A stretch of 64,000 bases of DNA from an uncultured Poribacteria bacterium. Its GTDB lineage: Bacteria > Poribacteria > WGA-4E > WGA-3G. Positions 27,245 through 37,974 of the stretch are shown here, piece after piece (the stretch's first letter is position 1; every line of letters begins with the position of its first letter). Made by a program: the position numbers and the translations under genes. The notes under the pieces are model-generated. The model worked only from the letters and a program-made list of their open reading frames with translations. It was not told the origin of the DNA and made no database searches. Location: contig OX638351.1 in the NCBI GenBank assembly GCA_951813565.1, positions 1,696,001-1,760,000 on the forward strand. The letters are read 5' to 3'.

Positions 27245-29287
27245 TTAAGAGTCTATGTAAGACTTCAAATCCCAAAGCATTATGACGCCATCGTAACCGC
27301 CACTCGCTAAAATATCGCTATCCGGAGAAAACGCGAGGTCCTGAACATCACTGCAGTGTCCTCGCAAGGTGACAATATTTTTACCTGTTGCTACCTCCCA
27401 CAATCTGATTGCAACTTTCTTTGTGTTCACGCCGCGTTGCCACAACGTGCCGGATGCTAAATACCTGTTACATGGCGAAAATGCTAAAGCAAATGGATCC
27501 CAACTATCTCGCGGCTGGGGGATAGTTAGGAATGTTTCACGACGCTCAATATCCCATAATAGAATTTCTCTCGCCCCACATGCAATCAAGCTGCTACAAG
27601 GTGAAAACGCAAACGCATAATTCCTTTCTGGAAACGCTTTGATCGGTTCACCGCTTTCAACGTCCCACAACCTGGAAACAGGGCCAGTTCTTACCATACT
27701 CACAATATACTTTTCATCTGGACTAAATGCTATAAATTTAATCCATTCCGAATGTGCTTTAAGTGTATGTCGTATATACTGTTGCTGTACATCCCATACA
27801 TACATTGTGCCATCACTATCCCCGCATGCCAACAAGTTGTTTGTCGGTGCGAACGCAACCGATGCAACCTGTCTCTCTTGATCCTCGGAATCGCTTTCTT
27901 GCTTTGGAAGTGTGAAAGAGGCAATCGGCATCTCATCGTTACCAATTTCCCATACCTTCGCTGTATTACCGTCAGGACCAAATGCATAAAGTTTTCCAAG
28001 AGACGATGCGGAGACAACAAGGTTTCCACCAGACGGATTAAAACGGGTTGGTGGATGTGTCAGATTGGTAATATTCCATAACATTACTTTCCGTCCCCAA
28101 CATCCACTTATGAGAGTCTTACTATCCGAAGCAAAGACGAGCGAATCCGGTATGCCTATGGACGAATAACTAAAACTACTTGGCTTAGAGTTACCAATTT
28201 CCCACATTTTTATCGATCTATTAAGGGCACTTTCAGTAGTAAAAATTAACTGATTTCCATTTGAAAAATGTGCGTTTCGGATACTTCCATGCGTTTCTTG
28301 GTGTGTGTAGTGCGTATCACCATTTTCTACGTCCCAAACAACGACAGTGTCATCTGATATTCCAGTAGCGCGCAGAATACCCTCTTTCGAATAGGATATT
28401 TGTATAAGGTTGACATCATAATCGCTGAATGTTTGGGTTAATTCCCAACTCGGTACGTTCCAAACATGAATTGTATTATCTTGTCCTGCAGCAGATAGGA
28501 ATTTACCACACGGTGAAAATTTTAGGCTACACACAAAATCGGTAGGTTCTGTTAGACATGCTAACCTTTCACCAGTTTCTATGTTCCATATTGCAATAAA
28601 ATCAGCGGAATGCTCAAGGGTGCGAATTCTACCTATCCTGTCAGCATAGTCAAACATTTTAGAGTCAGGCATCATACACGCCAGCAAACGACCATCCGCG
28701 GAAAAGGCAATAGGACGTGTAGATCCACGGAACCATTTAAAATCCGTTTCACCTTGAAATTTTGCGATCTGTTCACCTGTTTTTGCGTGCCAGACATATA
28801 CGATATAATCACGCCTGCTCGATACTGCGAGGTACTCACTGTCTGGTGAAAAGGCAAAGTGGGAAACCAAATTATATAGTCTTTCTGTATTATTTACGAT
28901 GCCCGACTCCGAAATGTTTGGTTGTGATGACAGGATAGGACGGTCCATTCTGGAAACGCAAGCACGCCGCTGCACATCCCAGACCCTAACAAGACCATCT
29001 CCATCACCAGTGGAGAGCCATCGACCATTTGGCGAAAATGAAATAGCTGAGATAAATCCTCTGTCTGTGTCCCAGAGCGCGATCGGTTCGAAGGTAGAAA
29101 CATCGTACCACCAGACACCTATGCAAGAAGCTACGACAAGGTACTTCCCATCAGGCGATGGCACGATATTTCCTATCATGCCTCCTTGTCCTAATCGGCA
29201 AATTGCGTCCTCAGGAAGTTCCCAAGTCGTTATATCACTGTTTTCAGCCTGCATTAAAGCAGGCGTCCATTTTTCATTTTCTTCCAT
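27245..29287 (-). CDS. WD40-repeat protein (paralog 3)
   Basis: Collinear with 25144..27153; start placed at 'MEENEKW' by comparison with that paralog. Confidence 0.86.
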   Translation of the reverse strand: MEENEKWTPALMQAENSDITTWELPEDAICRLGQGGMIGNIVPSPDGKYLVVASCIGVWWYDVSTFEPIALWDTDRGFISAISFSPNGRWLSTGDGDGLVRVWDVQRRACVSRMDRPILSSQPNISESGIVNNTERLYNLVSHFAFSPDSEYLAVSSRRDYIVYVWHAKTGEQIAKFQGETDFKWFRGSTRPIAFSADGRLLACMMPDSKMFDYADRIGRIRTLEHSADFIAIWNIETGERLACLTEPTDFVCSLKFSPCGKFLSAAGQDNTIHVWNVPSWELTQTFSDYDVNLIQISYSKEGILRATGISDDTVVVWDVENGDTHYTHQETHGSIRNAHFSNGNQLIFTTESALNRSIKMWEIGNSKPSSFSYSSIGIPDSLVFASDSKTLISGCWGRKVMLWNITNLTHPPTRFNPSGGNLVVSASSLGKLYAFGPDGNTAKVWEIGNDEMPIASFTLPKQESDSEDQERQVASVAFAPTNNLLACGDSDGTMYVWDVQQQYIRHTLKAHSEWIKFIAFSPDEKYIVSMVRTGPVSRLWDVESGEPIKAFPERNYAFAFSPCSSLIACGAREILLWDIERRETFLTIPQPRDSWDPFALAFSPCNRYLASGTLWQRGVNTKKVAIRLWEVATGKNIVTLRGHCSDVQDLAFSPDSDILASGGYDGVIMLWDLKSYIDS

Positions 29288-29526
29288 AAATATTGTCCTT
29301 TCCAATTGTTTAAATTTTGGGTTGTAATACTGTCTCTCTATGTTTAGATGTGAGCAGGTTTTCAGAAAATATAAAATGATGATCCACTTATACACATTAT
29401 TGGATGCACTTTTATGTTTACTGCCTGCACAAAATGGAGCGTATACAACTACCCTTAACCTGTTCTTGTTGTAAAACTCGATTAAACACACATCCCAAAT
29501 TCACGTCAAAACGAAATACCTAAATT

Positions 29527-31338
29527 GTGCAACACACGCAGTATAGATTCATCGGTGTGGAAAGGAAGAATCCCATTCGCAGTCTACTCGGTCTCAAAAA
29601 GTACGTTAAACGTTATCGATACGCCATCTTGTTCAGTTTCATCCTTGTTGTTTTAACAAATGGATTACTTCTGATCGGTCCGCAGATATTAAAGACTGTT
29701 TTTGATGAGTTACAACAAGCGGATAGAGACCCGAACCTGACAGTGTCAAGAGATCGGATTTTGTTTTTAGCTGCGTTTTTTTTCGGTGTCGCCCTCGTTG
29801 GGGGTATTCTGCGTTTCGTCCAACGTCGTACTATGCAAGGTGTTGCGCGGCAAATGGAATTTCACCTCCGCGCTGACTTTTTTCTACATCTCCAAAAACT
29901 CTCCGCTTCCTATTACGATAATGTGCGCACAGGCGATTTAATGACGCGCGCTACCAGCGACCTAAATGCTATTCGGATGGTTCTTAGCAGTGCCATCATA
30001 TATACTGCCGATGCTACGGTGTTTTTTGGATTAGCATTAGTTATCATGTTGCACATTGATGCTACACTGACTCTCGTCGCTTTGTTGCCCTTTCCTATCC
30101 TTGCTATCATAATTCGTTTACTTGCCAAACGCCTACATGCCCACTACGAGAGAATTCAAGAGGCTTTTTCGACAATGAATACAAAGGTTCAAGAAAACTT
30201 GTCAGGTGTACGGGTTGTCAAAGCATATACACTTGAGGCGGATGAGGTTGAAAACTTCAAGGAACTGAATCAAGAATTTGTTAATCGTAACCACAAGCAG
30301 ATTCGATTGATGAACTTCTTCTTTCCGTTATTCCGTTTTCTACCGGGGATTGCTGGCGTAGTCGTCCTTTGGATGGGAGGACTCCATGTGATTCAGGATA
30401 AAATAACCCTTGGTGATTTTATTGCTTTCAGTGCCTACCTTATGATGCTTCGCCGTCCGATGATCACGCTTGGATTTATCGTTAACACTTTTGAACGTGG
30501 CGCTGCATCTATGGATCGGATAAATGCAATCCTAAGTGAAGAACCCGAAATTTACGATGGTGAAGACGTTAAGTGGGACATAAAAGATATTGAAGGCGAG
30601 ATAGAATTTAGAAATCTCAATTTTTCATATCCTGATGGACAGTCCGTACTAAAAAGCATCAATCTTAAAATCAAACAGGGAACTACGCTTGCAATTGTAG
30701 GTGGAACAGGATCAGGAAAATCCAGCCTTGTCAATCTAATTCCACGTATCCGTCAAGCAGAACGTGGTACCATTTTTATTGATGGTGTAGACATCCAAGA
30801 TATACCGTTGAATGTTCTCCGTTCCAATATCGGATTTGTAGAGCAAGAGCCATTTCTGTTTTCAGATTATTTACGGAATAACATCGCTTACGGTGTCGAC
30901 ACCCCGAATGACGAGGAGATAAGAGAGGCAGCACACAGTGCAGATCTACTATCGCAAATTGAGGAGTTTCCAGACGGATTGCAGACCTTACTCGGTGAAC
31001 GTGGGATCACAATTTCGGGAGGACAACGCCAACGGAGCGCACTCGCGCGTGCTATTATAATTAAACCTAAAATACTTATCCTTGATGATGCATTTGCGAA
31101 TGTAGACACACAAACCGAGGATACAATTCTCAGTCGACTCGCTGAAATCATGAAGGGTCGAACAACTATCCTCATTTCGCACAGGATTTCAACAGTTAAA
31201 GCAGCCGATCACATAATCGTTTTGAATGATGGCAGTATCGTTGAATCTGGCACGCATGAACAGCTTCTTGAAAAAAACGGTATTTATGCTGGTATCTATG
31301 AAACACAACTCTTGCAGGATGAGCTTGAGGAACTTTAG
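29527..31338 (+). CDS. ABC exporter half-transporter (MdlA/YheI-like)
   Basis: Membrane domain plus Walker A 'GGTGSGKS', 'ISGGQRQR', degenerate Walker B 'ILILDD'. Confidence 0.88.
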   Translation: MQHTQYRFIGVERKNPIRSLLGLKKYVKRYRYAILFSFILVVLTNGLLLIGPQILKTVFDELQQADRDPNLTVSRDRILFLAAFFFGVALVGGILRFVQRRTMQGVARQMEFHLRADFFLHLQKLSASYYDNVRTGDLMTRATSDLNAIRMVLSSAIIYTADATVFFGLALVIMLHIDATLTLVALLPFPILAIIIRLLAKRLHAHYERIQEAFSTMNTKVQENLSGVRVVKAYTLEADEVENFKELNQEFVNRNHKQIRLMNFFFPLFRFLPGIAGVVVLWMGGLHVIQDKITLGDFIAFSAYLMMLRRPMITLGFIVNTFERGAASMDRINAILSEEPEIYDGEDVKWDIKDIEGEIEFRNLNFSYPDGQSVLKSINLKIKQGTTLAIVGGTGSGKSSLVNLIPRIRQAERGTIFIDGVDIQDIPLNVLRSNIGFVEQEPFLFSDYLRNNIAYGVDTPNDEEIREAAHSADLLSQIEEFPDGLQTLLGERGITISGGQRQRSALARAIIIKPKILILDDAFANVDTQTEDTILSRLAEIMKGRTTILISHRISTVKAADHIIVLNDGSIVESGTHEQLLEKNGIYAGIYETQLLQDELEEL

Positions 31339-31352
31339 AGAGGAACGCACTT

Positions 31353-33164
31353 ATGTTTGGTATGGGAAGCAACCTATATGAATATAGTGATGAGGAACAA
31401 GACCTCGGAAAAGTCTATGACCGAGTGTTGATGAAGCGGCTGCTTGCATACCTCAAACCTTACACATTTCAATTGCTTGTTATCGCTATATTTACGGTAG
31501 GTAGCACGCTTGCCCGGCTCGTCGGACCATTTCTTTGGCAAATCGGTATTGATAATCATATTACACCTGGTCAATTAGACGGTTTGAACACAATCGCTGT
31601 TTTTCTCGTGTTGGGATTGATCAGCGATTTTGTGTTTACCTATTTTGCGGAGTACCACACGCAAATGACTGGACAACACGTCATGCGTGATCTTCGGCAG
31701 ACACTCTTTTCACATCTACAACGTTTGGACGTACAGTATTTTGATAAGAACCCCGTTGGTAGACTGATGACACGCGTCATGGGAGATGTCCAAGTTCTCA
31801 ATGAGTTATTTACTTCTGGTGTAATTACCGTTTTTGCTAACCTGTTGGATATATTAAGTATCATGGTGGCGATGCTGCTCTATAACTGGAAGCTTGCGCT
31901 TGTGACGTTTACAGTATTACCAATCATTTTTGGGGCAACACTTGTATACCAAATTTACTCGCGCCGTGCTTTTCGTGAACAACGCAAACAATATGCACGT
32001 ATCAATGCGTTTTTACAGGAAAACATCGTTGGCATGACGACGATGAAACTATTCGCGCAAGAACGCCGAAGCCATCTCCGTTTTAACGAACGCAACCGTA
32101 GATATCTCGCTGCAAATTTGAAAAGTATTTTCTATTTTTCGATTTTCCATCCTTTGATTGAAGTAACAGCATCACTTGCTACAGCAGTGATTATTTGGTA
32201 TGGTGGGGGACAGATCGTGCAAGGAGCGTTGACTTTTGGTGTGTTAGTGGCATTTATGCGTTATGCCGAACGGTTTTTCTGGCCCATTCGCGAACTCAGC
32301 GAAAAATATACTATCTTCCAAAATGCGATGGCATCTTCCGAGCGCATCTTCCATCTGCTTGATACAGAACCGGCTATCGTTTCTACTGCCGAGAAGAGTG
32401 GAGTAGAAACGCTAAAGGGTGAGATTGAATTTCGGAACGTCTGGTTTGCCTATAATGATGACAATTATGTGTTGCGAGATGTTTCGTTTACGGTAAAACC
32501 GGGTGAAAAGGTTGCACTTGTAGGACATACGGGGGCAGGGAAAACCTCTATCATCAACCTGCTGTGTCGGTTCTATGAAATCAACAAGGGACAGATTTTG
32601 ATTGACGGTGTGGACCTCCGAGAAATGAACCTTGAGGAGCTGCGGCGTGCGATTAGCATTGTCCAACAAAATATCTTTCTCTTTTCCGATTCAATTGCGC
32701 ACAATATCAGTCTGGGAGATCCGTCAATCTCATCGGAACAGGTGGCAACCGCATCAAAAGATGTGCATTTAGACAGGTTTGTCCAAAAAATGCCCGATGT
32801 TTATGGCACAGAGATCAAAGAAGATGGTGGAGGCTTGTCTGTTGGACAGAAGCAGTTGGTAGCGTTTGCGCGTGCCTTAGCTTCCGATCCAAGCATCCTT
32901 ATCCTTGACGAAGCCACTTCAAGCGTTGACACAGAAACCGAAATTCTGATAGAAGATGCACTCAGCCGTTTGATGGAAAATCGGACATCTGTTGTTATTG
33001 CGCACCGTCTTTCTACGATCCAAAATGCTGACAAGATTATCGTGATGCATCGCGGGGAAATCCGCGAGACAGGGACTCATAACGAATTGTTACAGAAAAA
33101 CGGAATCTATTATCGGTTGTATCAGTTGCAATATAAAGGGCAGGAAGCAAGGAGAAAAATGTAA
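31353..33164 (+). CDS. ABC exporter half-transporter (MdlB/YheH-like)
   Basis: Walker A 'GHTGAGKT', degenerate signature 'LSVGQKQL', 'ILDEATS', 'IAHRLST'; heterodimer partner of the upstream gene. Confidence 0.88.
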   Translation: MFGMGSNLYEYSDEEQDLGKVYDRVLMKRLLAYLKPYTFQLLVIAIFTVGSTLARLVGPFLWQIGIDNHITPGQLDGLNTIAVFLVLGLISDFVFTYFAEYHTQMTGQHVMRDLRQTLFSHLQRLDVQYFDKNPVGRLMTRVMGDVQVLNELFTSGVITVFANLLDILSIMVAMLLYNWKLALVTFTVLPIIFGATLVYQIYSRRAFREQRKQYARINAFLQENIVGMTTMKLFAQERRSHLRFNERNRRYLAANLKSIFYFSIFHPLIEVTASLATAVIIWYGGGQIVQGALTFGVLVAFMRYAERFFWPIRELSEKYTIFQNAMASSERIFHLLDTEPAIVSTAEKSGVETLKGEIEFRNVWFAYNDDNYVLRDVSFTVKPGEKVALVGHTGAGKTSIINLLCRFYEINKGQILIDGVDLREMNLEELRRAISIVQQNIFLFSDSIAHNISLGDPSISSEQVATASKDVHLDRFVQKMPDVYGTEIKEDGGGLSVGQKQLVAFARALASDPSILILDEATSSVDTETEILIEDALSRLMENRTSVVIAHRLSTIQNADKIIVMHRGEIRETGTHNELLQKNGIYYRLYQLQYKGQEARRKM

Positions 33165-33198
33165 GCGTGCTTAAGGCTTTTGGTGTGGACATGTTTAT

Positions 33199-33945
33199 CT
33201 AATTTGACTTTAACAATTCCCGCATTTTCTTCTTTTCGTCTTTATCAAAATACTTTATTGCATTTTCATGGCTTTCCCTTGAAAAGGACTGACGGTATTC
33301 TGCAATAAAATTTATCACTATCTGTTTATCTACCTTTGATAATTCCCGCAATATCCATCCTACTGCTGTTTTAGCAAAACGTTCTTCTCTCTTAATCAGT
33401 TTCGCATTTGATTTCAATAATAGTGATGTGTATTTATTCTCTTTTGTTAATGTGGTAAAAGCAACCACAGAACATCTGGCTTGCCATACATTATTTGCGG
33501 TATGCCATTTAGATATTGCTTCGGCACACTTTCTACCATTGGCTTTTATCATTTGCCGTAACACTTTGGTACAAAACCAATCGCACACACTCCAATCGTA
33601 AATATATCCATTCTCAAAAATTGACTCAAACCTTGAAAGCAACGTTTTGTAATCAACTTTATCATACAGATAAAGTTGCAAGAACAAAATACCCGCAAGT
33701 TTATCTTCAGCATAGTCCTCTTCAAAAAATGAAAGTGCTAAGTCCAACTGCTCATCCAGTGGGAGTTTGTCAATGTTTTCTTGTTTATACCAGTCTTCTA
33801 ATTCGCTTCTAATTGTAGGGATTTCTACGCCACGATATTTGGTATCGTGTTTAATGTAATTTTCGAACCATAATTTTCTTTTTTTATCTGCGAATTTGGC
33901 TATACGGGATTTTAGTTTTTCTTTCAGTTTACTGTTATCTGTCAT
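33199..33945 (-). CDS. DNA alkylation repair protein (AlkD-like HEAT-repeat family)
   Basis: 'YRGVEIPTIR', 'DWSVCDW', 'KTAVGWILRELSK'. Confidence 0.78.
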   Translation of the reverse strand: MTDNSKLKEKLKSRIAKFADKKRKLWFENYIKHDTKYRGVEIPTIRSELEDWYKQENIDKLPLDEQLDLALSFFEEDYAEDKLAGILFLQLYLYDKVDYKTLLSRFESIFENGYIYDWSVCDWFCTKVLRQMIKANGRKCAEAISKWHTANNVWQARCSVVAFTTLTKENKYTSLLLKSNAKLIKREERFAKTAVGWILRELSKVDKQIVINFIAEYRQSFSRESHENAIKYFDKDEKKKMRELLKSN

Positions 33946-33983
33946 AATTATATTTTTTACACACCGAATATCTTCAATTTTCC

Positions 33984-34568
33984 CTAGTCTTCCGGTATGT
34001 CAAACACGACACCGTCCTTTTTCTTTTCGTAAAAAATCATCTTAACTTCTATGGATTCCGCTAAGATTGGCATTGCTTCATAGGTAATGGGCTTAATGGA
34101 ATAGGCATCTTCGCCTACGAACCCATCTATACCTTGAGATTCTTCAGAAGGTTCTGCCAAACGGTAGTCACAGCCTTTTATTTCGGCTAATTTTCTCAGA
34201 ATTGCCTCCTGAAATTTAAGTCCTGTATATGTCTTGACAAGAACCAGATCCTCTACCCATGCTTTAACCATAACCCGATCAATTTTGACGAATGCCTCGT
34301 TGAGTTTGTCTATCATTGTAATTATTTTTTCTGTTGCATCATCAATAGCATCGGGATATCTTTCTTGATACCACGTAACCCATTCGTCAAAAGTTTGTCC
34401 TGGAAATTCTTGTATCAGATCTGTCATTTGTCCAACAAATTTTGGACGTGTTGCTTGCGAATTTTGATTTGCAAGATTTATTAATTGAGTCGTGTACTTA
34501 GGAAATTCGTAAGTATGAGTCTTCACCACATATTCCTGAATCTCAGCATTTTTTAGTTTTATTTTCAT
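33984..34568 (-). CDS. Type II restriction endonuclease, MjaI family
   Basis: 'FPKYTTQLINLANQNSQATRPKFVGQM', 'KTYTGLKFQEAIL', 'EESQGIDGFV...SIKP'; directly downstream of a DNA methyltransferase. Confidence 0.8.
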   Translation of the reverse strand: MKIKLKNAEIQEYVVKTHTYEFPKYTTQLINLANQNSQATRPKFVGQMTDLIQEFPGQTFDEWVTWYQERYPDAIDDATEKIITMIDKLNEAFVKIDRVMVKAWVEDLVLVKTYTGLKFQEAILRKLAEIKGCDYRLAEPSEESQGIDGFVGEDAYSIKPITYEAMPILAESIEVKMIFYEKKKDGVVFDIPED

Positions 34569-34592
34569 AATAACTCTTTGAGCGATATGAAG

Positions 34593-35735
34593 TCACTGTG
34601 CGTTGAATATATTAAGTTGAGAATGTTTATGGTAAGATTTCGTTTTCTTTCCAAGCAGAGTTTCTGGAGTTTGCTCAAAATCCACAGTTTGCGGTTTCAG
34701 TGAATAGATGACTTCAAAGATGTTGTCTTTGAGTGCTTGGACCTCTTTTAAACCGTTTAGCAAAATAAACTGCTCCTGACTCGCCACCACTGGACAGCCA
34801 TAATGCTTGTTTGTATATTTCAGTGGTGCCGAGTTTTCGATCCGATTTTTGACAAACTCAAAATGTCTTAGCAATCTATCGTGCAAATAATCATTTGAAA
34901 AATTGACAATACTGCATGCAATCGGATGAATCGCCTGTTCAAAACTCTTATCAATTTCAACACCGATGCTACTACGTCCCGATGTCATCGCAGCTGCAAT
35001 CGTGGTTCCCGTGCCTGAAAACGGATCAAGTATTACATCCCCTTTTACAGAGTACATATTGATCAGGCGATAAGGCAGCTGATAAGGAAACGCCGCACTT
35101 CTCAATCGCGACATTTCGTTTGAAAGTTTCTGCTCTGTTCCCTTAATGTCTGTCCAAACATCCGAATACCAGACGTTCCGTTCTTCCCAAAACAGTGCGC
35201 TTTCACGTCTATTTTCTTTTTCTTCCTCTGTTTTAAATTCTCTTTTAGAGCCTTTTCTCACTATCAGAATGTACTCGTGTTCAAGAGTTACATAGGCACC
35301 TGCAGGTAACATCCCTGATCCCATAAATTTGTTAGGAGTGTTGGCCTGTTTTCGCCAGAGGATATCAGGCAGTGCTGAAAACCCGATATTTAAAAGATAA
35401 GTCAAGATTCTCGCGTGGTTCGGATACAAACAGAAATTGCCATTTACCGTCCTTGTCGCATCACCTATGTTAATACAAGCAAATCTGTCGTTCTTTAAGA
35501 CTCTAAATACTTCGTTCCATACAGAATCAAGAATCTCGTGTATTAACGCATAAGCGAGTTTTCCATCTCCGTTAGCTAACGCACTCTGGATGCTTGGATT
35601 CTGATTGCCAAACATTTCATCCCACATCTCAATCATAGGATAAGGTGGCGAGGTAACTATCAGATCAACACTTTCTGACGGTATATTTTTTAAATCGCGA
35701 GAATCTTGAAAAAGAATCTTGTGGGTAGTTTTCAT
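34593..35735 (-). CDS. Site-specific amino-DNA methyltransferase (beta class, probably N4-cytosine)
   Basis: Motif IV 'VTSPPY' precedes motif I 'ILDPFSGTGTT'. Confidence 0.88.
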   Translation of the reverse strand: MKTTHKILFQDSRDLKNIPSESVDLIVTSPPYPMIEMWDEMFGNQNPSIQSALANGDGKLAYALIHEILDSVWNEVFRVLKNDRFACINIGDATRTVNGNFCLYPNHARILTYLLNIGFSALPDILWRKQANTPNKFMGSGMLPAGAYVTLEHEYILIVRKGSKREFKTEEEKENRRESALFWEERNVWYSDVWTDIKGTEQKLSNEMSRLRSAAFPYQLPYRLINMYSVKGDVILDPFSGTGTTIAAAMTSGRSSIGVEIDKSFEQAIHPIACSIVNFSNDYLHDRLLRHFEFVKNRIENSAPLKYTNKHYGCPVVASQEQFILLNGLKEVQALKDNIFEVIYSLKPQTVDFEQTPETLLGKKTKSYHKHSQLNIFNAQ

Positions 35736-36728
35736 AGGAGGTATTGCCTAATTGAATGATATACAGTGCATCTTGCTGAAAATTCAGATAGTTTCGCCTA
35801 AATTATAACATATTTAAGGAAAACCTCCAATAGAATTAGTTTAAGTTGCAGAGGCATTCAATTTTCGTCTAATTATCCGTTTTAGTTGAAAAGTTGGGAC
35901 CTAAAAATCGTTCCGAGATGCACGAATTGATTGTATTTTTCTTCTCATTTTATTGAAATCATCTCCTTAAAAAGTTGCCATACGGTAACTTTTTTCATAC
36001 CGTGGTAACTTTTTGAAATTTGCTATCAGATCAGTATCTATAGGGGTTTATAGACATTTTGTTTAAATTTTATATTTCATCTGCGTTGAGGAACACGGGT
36101 TTCCTTTTGCTGGAGATATTTTATTTTGATAAGTTTTGCGTTGTCGTCTTTGCATTAGAGAGTTACTTTCGATTTTCGGTGTGTTTGGGGATCGGTTTTC
36201 TCTTTTCATACTGATATTATAGCAAGTTCTGTGTAGTGATCAGAGGTTTTTGTGGCGTTAGGAACAATAGATATCCAATATATTGACAATAAGTTTGCAG
36301 GAAAAGTTGGGTTGATACGTTTTTTGCATCTTGGATGCGCGTGCATTTTGTTGTCAGCATGGTGGTTGACGCGATTTTTTGGAGTCTTGGGAAAGAAAGA
36401 AATCATTGGAGAATTGAATGGCTCTGGTTAAGTTGTCAGGGCTATTTAGTTTTCGATTTTTATCACAAATGTTAATCTTTTATAATAAGCAGAGAGTGTG
36501 TAAAGTTTGCTACTATGTTGCACTGGATCGTATCTTGTGAAGTATGAAGAAAGATGGTATCCTCTCTAATAAATGATATTTTTAGAAAAAGGTGTCATTT
36601 TTGTATACATTGCAAGATCGCCATTCAGGTCATGTCTGTGACAAAAACTCTATACACCCGTCAACAAAGGTAGAACTATTTAGCCTTCAGTTTACGCGTT
36701 TTAGTTAGGACAGAGCGACTTGAAAATA

Positions 36729-37802
36729 TCAGTTGGCAAGGTAATCCTTGAGTTCTTCTAATACTACCGTTGCATAACCACCCGCAGGCAACGTAAAACA
36801 GAGGCGTAACCCCACAACTAAAGACTTAACCTGATGTAATTCCATAAGCATCCGTAGTGGACGACGCGTTCCCGGCAATCGAATTCCAACGACTTTGCGG
36901 AACGCGTCAAATTTCACCCCTTCGGCGGCAAGTAGTTCCACCTCCAACGCCTGTACTTCGCGAGCAGGTTGCCGCATCTTGTAGCCAAAGATCGGACCGG
37001 AAGGACTAATCTCAAACGCATCTGCTCGCGATTGTTCTACCGTAGTATTTTCAACAAGGAAAGGTGCCCCGTTGCTGTGCTTCACCGCAATATCACCATC
37101 CCAGAGTTGTCCTAAATTGGGCAACCGTTTCTCCAGAATACAATTAAACAAATACGCTTGATATGCGGACAAATATAATTTCCGAAGTCGATGCGGAATA
37201 CATGCCACTGCCTTCTCTATTGATCCTTTTTCTTTTTCTCGTTCTACTCGTTTCGCTAATTCACCGAACTGTGTTGTTTCATCTGCAAGCACGTAGCGCA
37301 ACACTGTTTCCCACTCAGCTTTTAGCAACGCCTTTCCTATTAGATGTGAGTCGTGTTTATTGCCGAATCGTTGCGCACCAAACCGATTTGGTACTCCTTC
37401 AGTTGCTAACCGTAGCATATTTTTTTCAATAACCGGTAATGCTGCCTGTGAAACATCACGCAACGTTATCTCAAACCGATTGCCTTGAAGATGTCCTATC
37501 CGCAACTTATGCGCGTGTCGTTCTGCCCACGAAATCTCAATTGCTGGTAGTGTCAACTCCAAAACTTGTTCAGGCGGGATACCTTCCACAGATAAAACCT
37601 GCGTTGTGATAGCCCGTTTATCTTTTAATCCAGCATATCCAAAATCTCTGGAGTTCGCGTGTAATGCTCGTGCGATTTGATTAATTGCTTCCAACGTGCC
37701 AAGATTGTGTTTTCGGATAGCAAAAAACGTGTGCGTGCCTACTCGCGAAGGTTCATACAGTGGTATCTCTTCAACAATAAAATCTTTAGGTTCAATTCTC
37801 AT
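36729..37802 (-). CDS. truD: tRNA pseudouridine(13) synthase
   Basis: 'DFIVEE', 'GYAGLKDKRAITTQ', 'GNRFEITLR', 'PNRFGAQRFG', 'FTLPAGGYAT'. Confidence 0.92.
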   Translation of the reverse strand: MRIEPKDFIVEEIPLYEPSRVGTHTFFAIRKHNLGTLEAINQIARALHANSRDFGYAGLKDKRAITTQVLSVEGIPPEQVLELTLPAIEISWAERHAHKLRIGHLQGNRFEITLRDVSQAALPVIEKNMLRLATEGVPNRFGAQRFGNKHDSHLIGKALLKAEWETVLRYVLADETTQFGELAKRVEREKEKGSIEKAVACIPHRLRKLYLSAYQAYLFNCILEKRLPNLGQLWDGDIAVKHSNGAPFLVENTTVEQSRADAFEISPSGPIFGYKMRQPAREVQALEVELLAAEGVKFDAFRKVVGIRLPGTRRPLRMLMELHQVKSLVVGLRLCFTLPAGGYATVVLEELKDYLAN

Positions 37803-37871
37803 TTTTCACCTGTCTTAATCATAATGCCCTGCTATCCATCTGTCAAGTTTTTAGATCATTTTGATTGAATT

Positions 37872-37966
37872 GGGTGTGTAAAGTTTTTGTAGAAATCCGC
37901 TCTACAGTGGAAAACGCCACGTAATCATTGCAAATTGAACCTATGTAACCAAATATTTACACACCC
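37872..37966. mobile_element. 95-bp MITE with IS256-like ends (internally deleted copy)
   Basis: GGGTGTGTAAA / TTTACACACCC TIRs; TSD ATTGAATT at 37864-37871 and 37967-37974. Confidence 0.8.
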
Positions 37967-37974
37967 ATTGAATT

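Noticed and set aside
23066..29287. Diversity-generating retroelement acting on the WD40 genes
   Set aside because: No reverse transcriptase and no template/variable repeat pair with adenine-specific differences was seen
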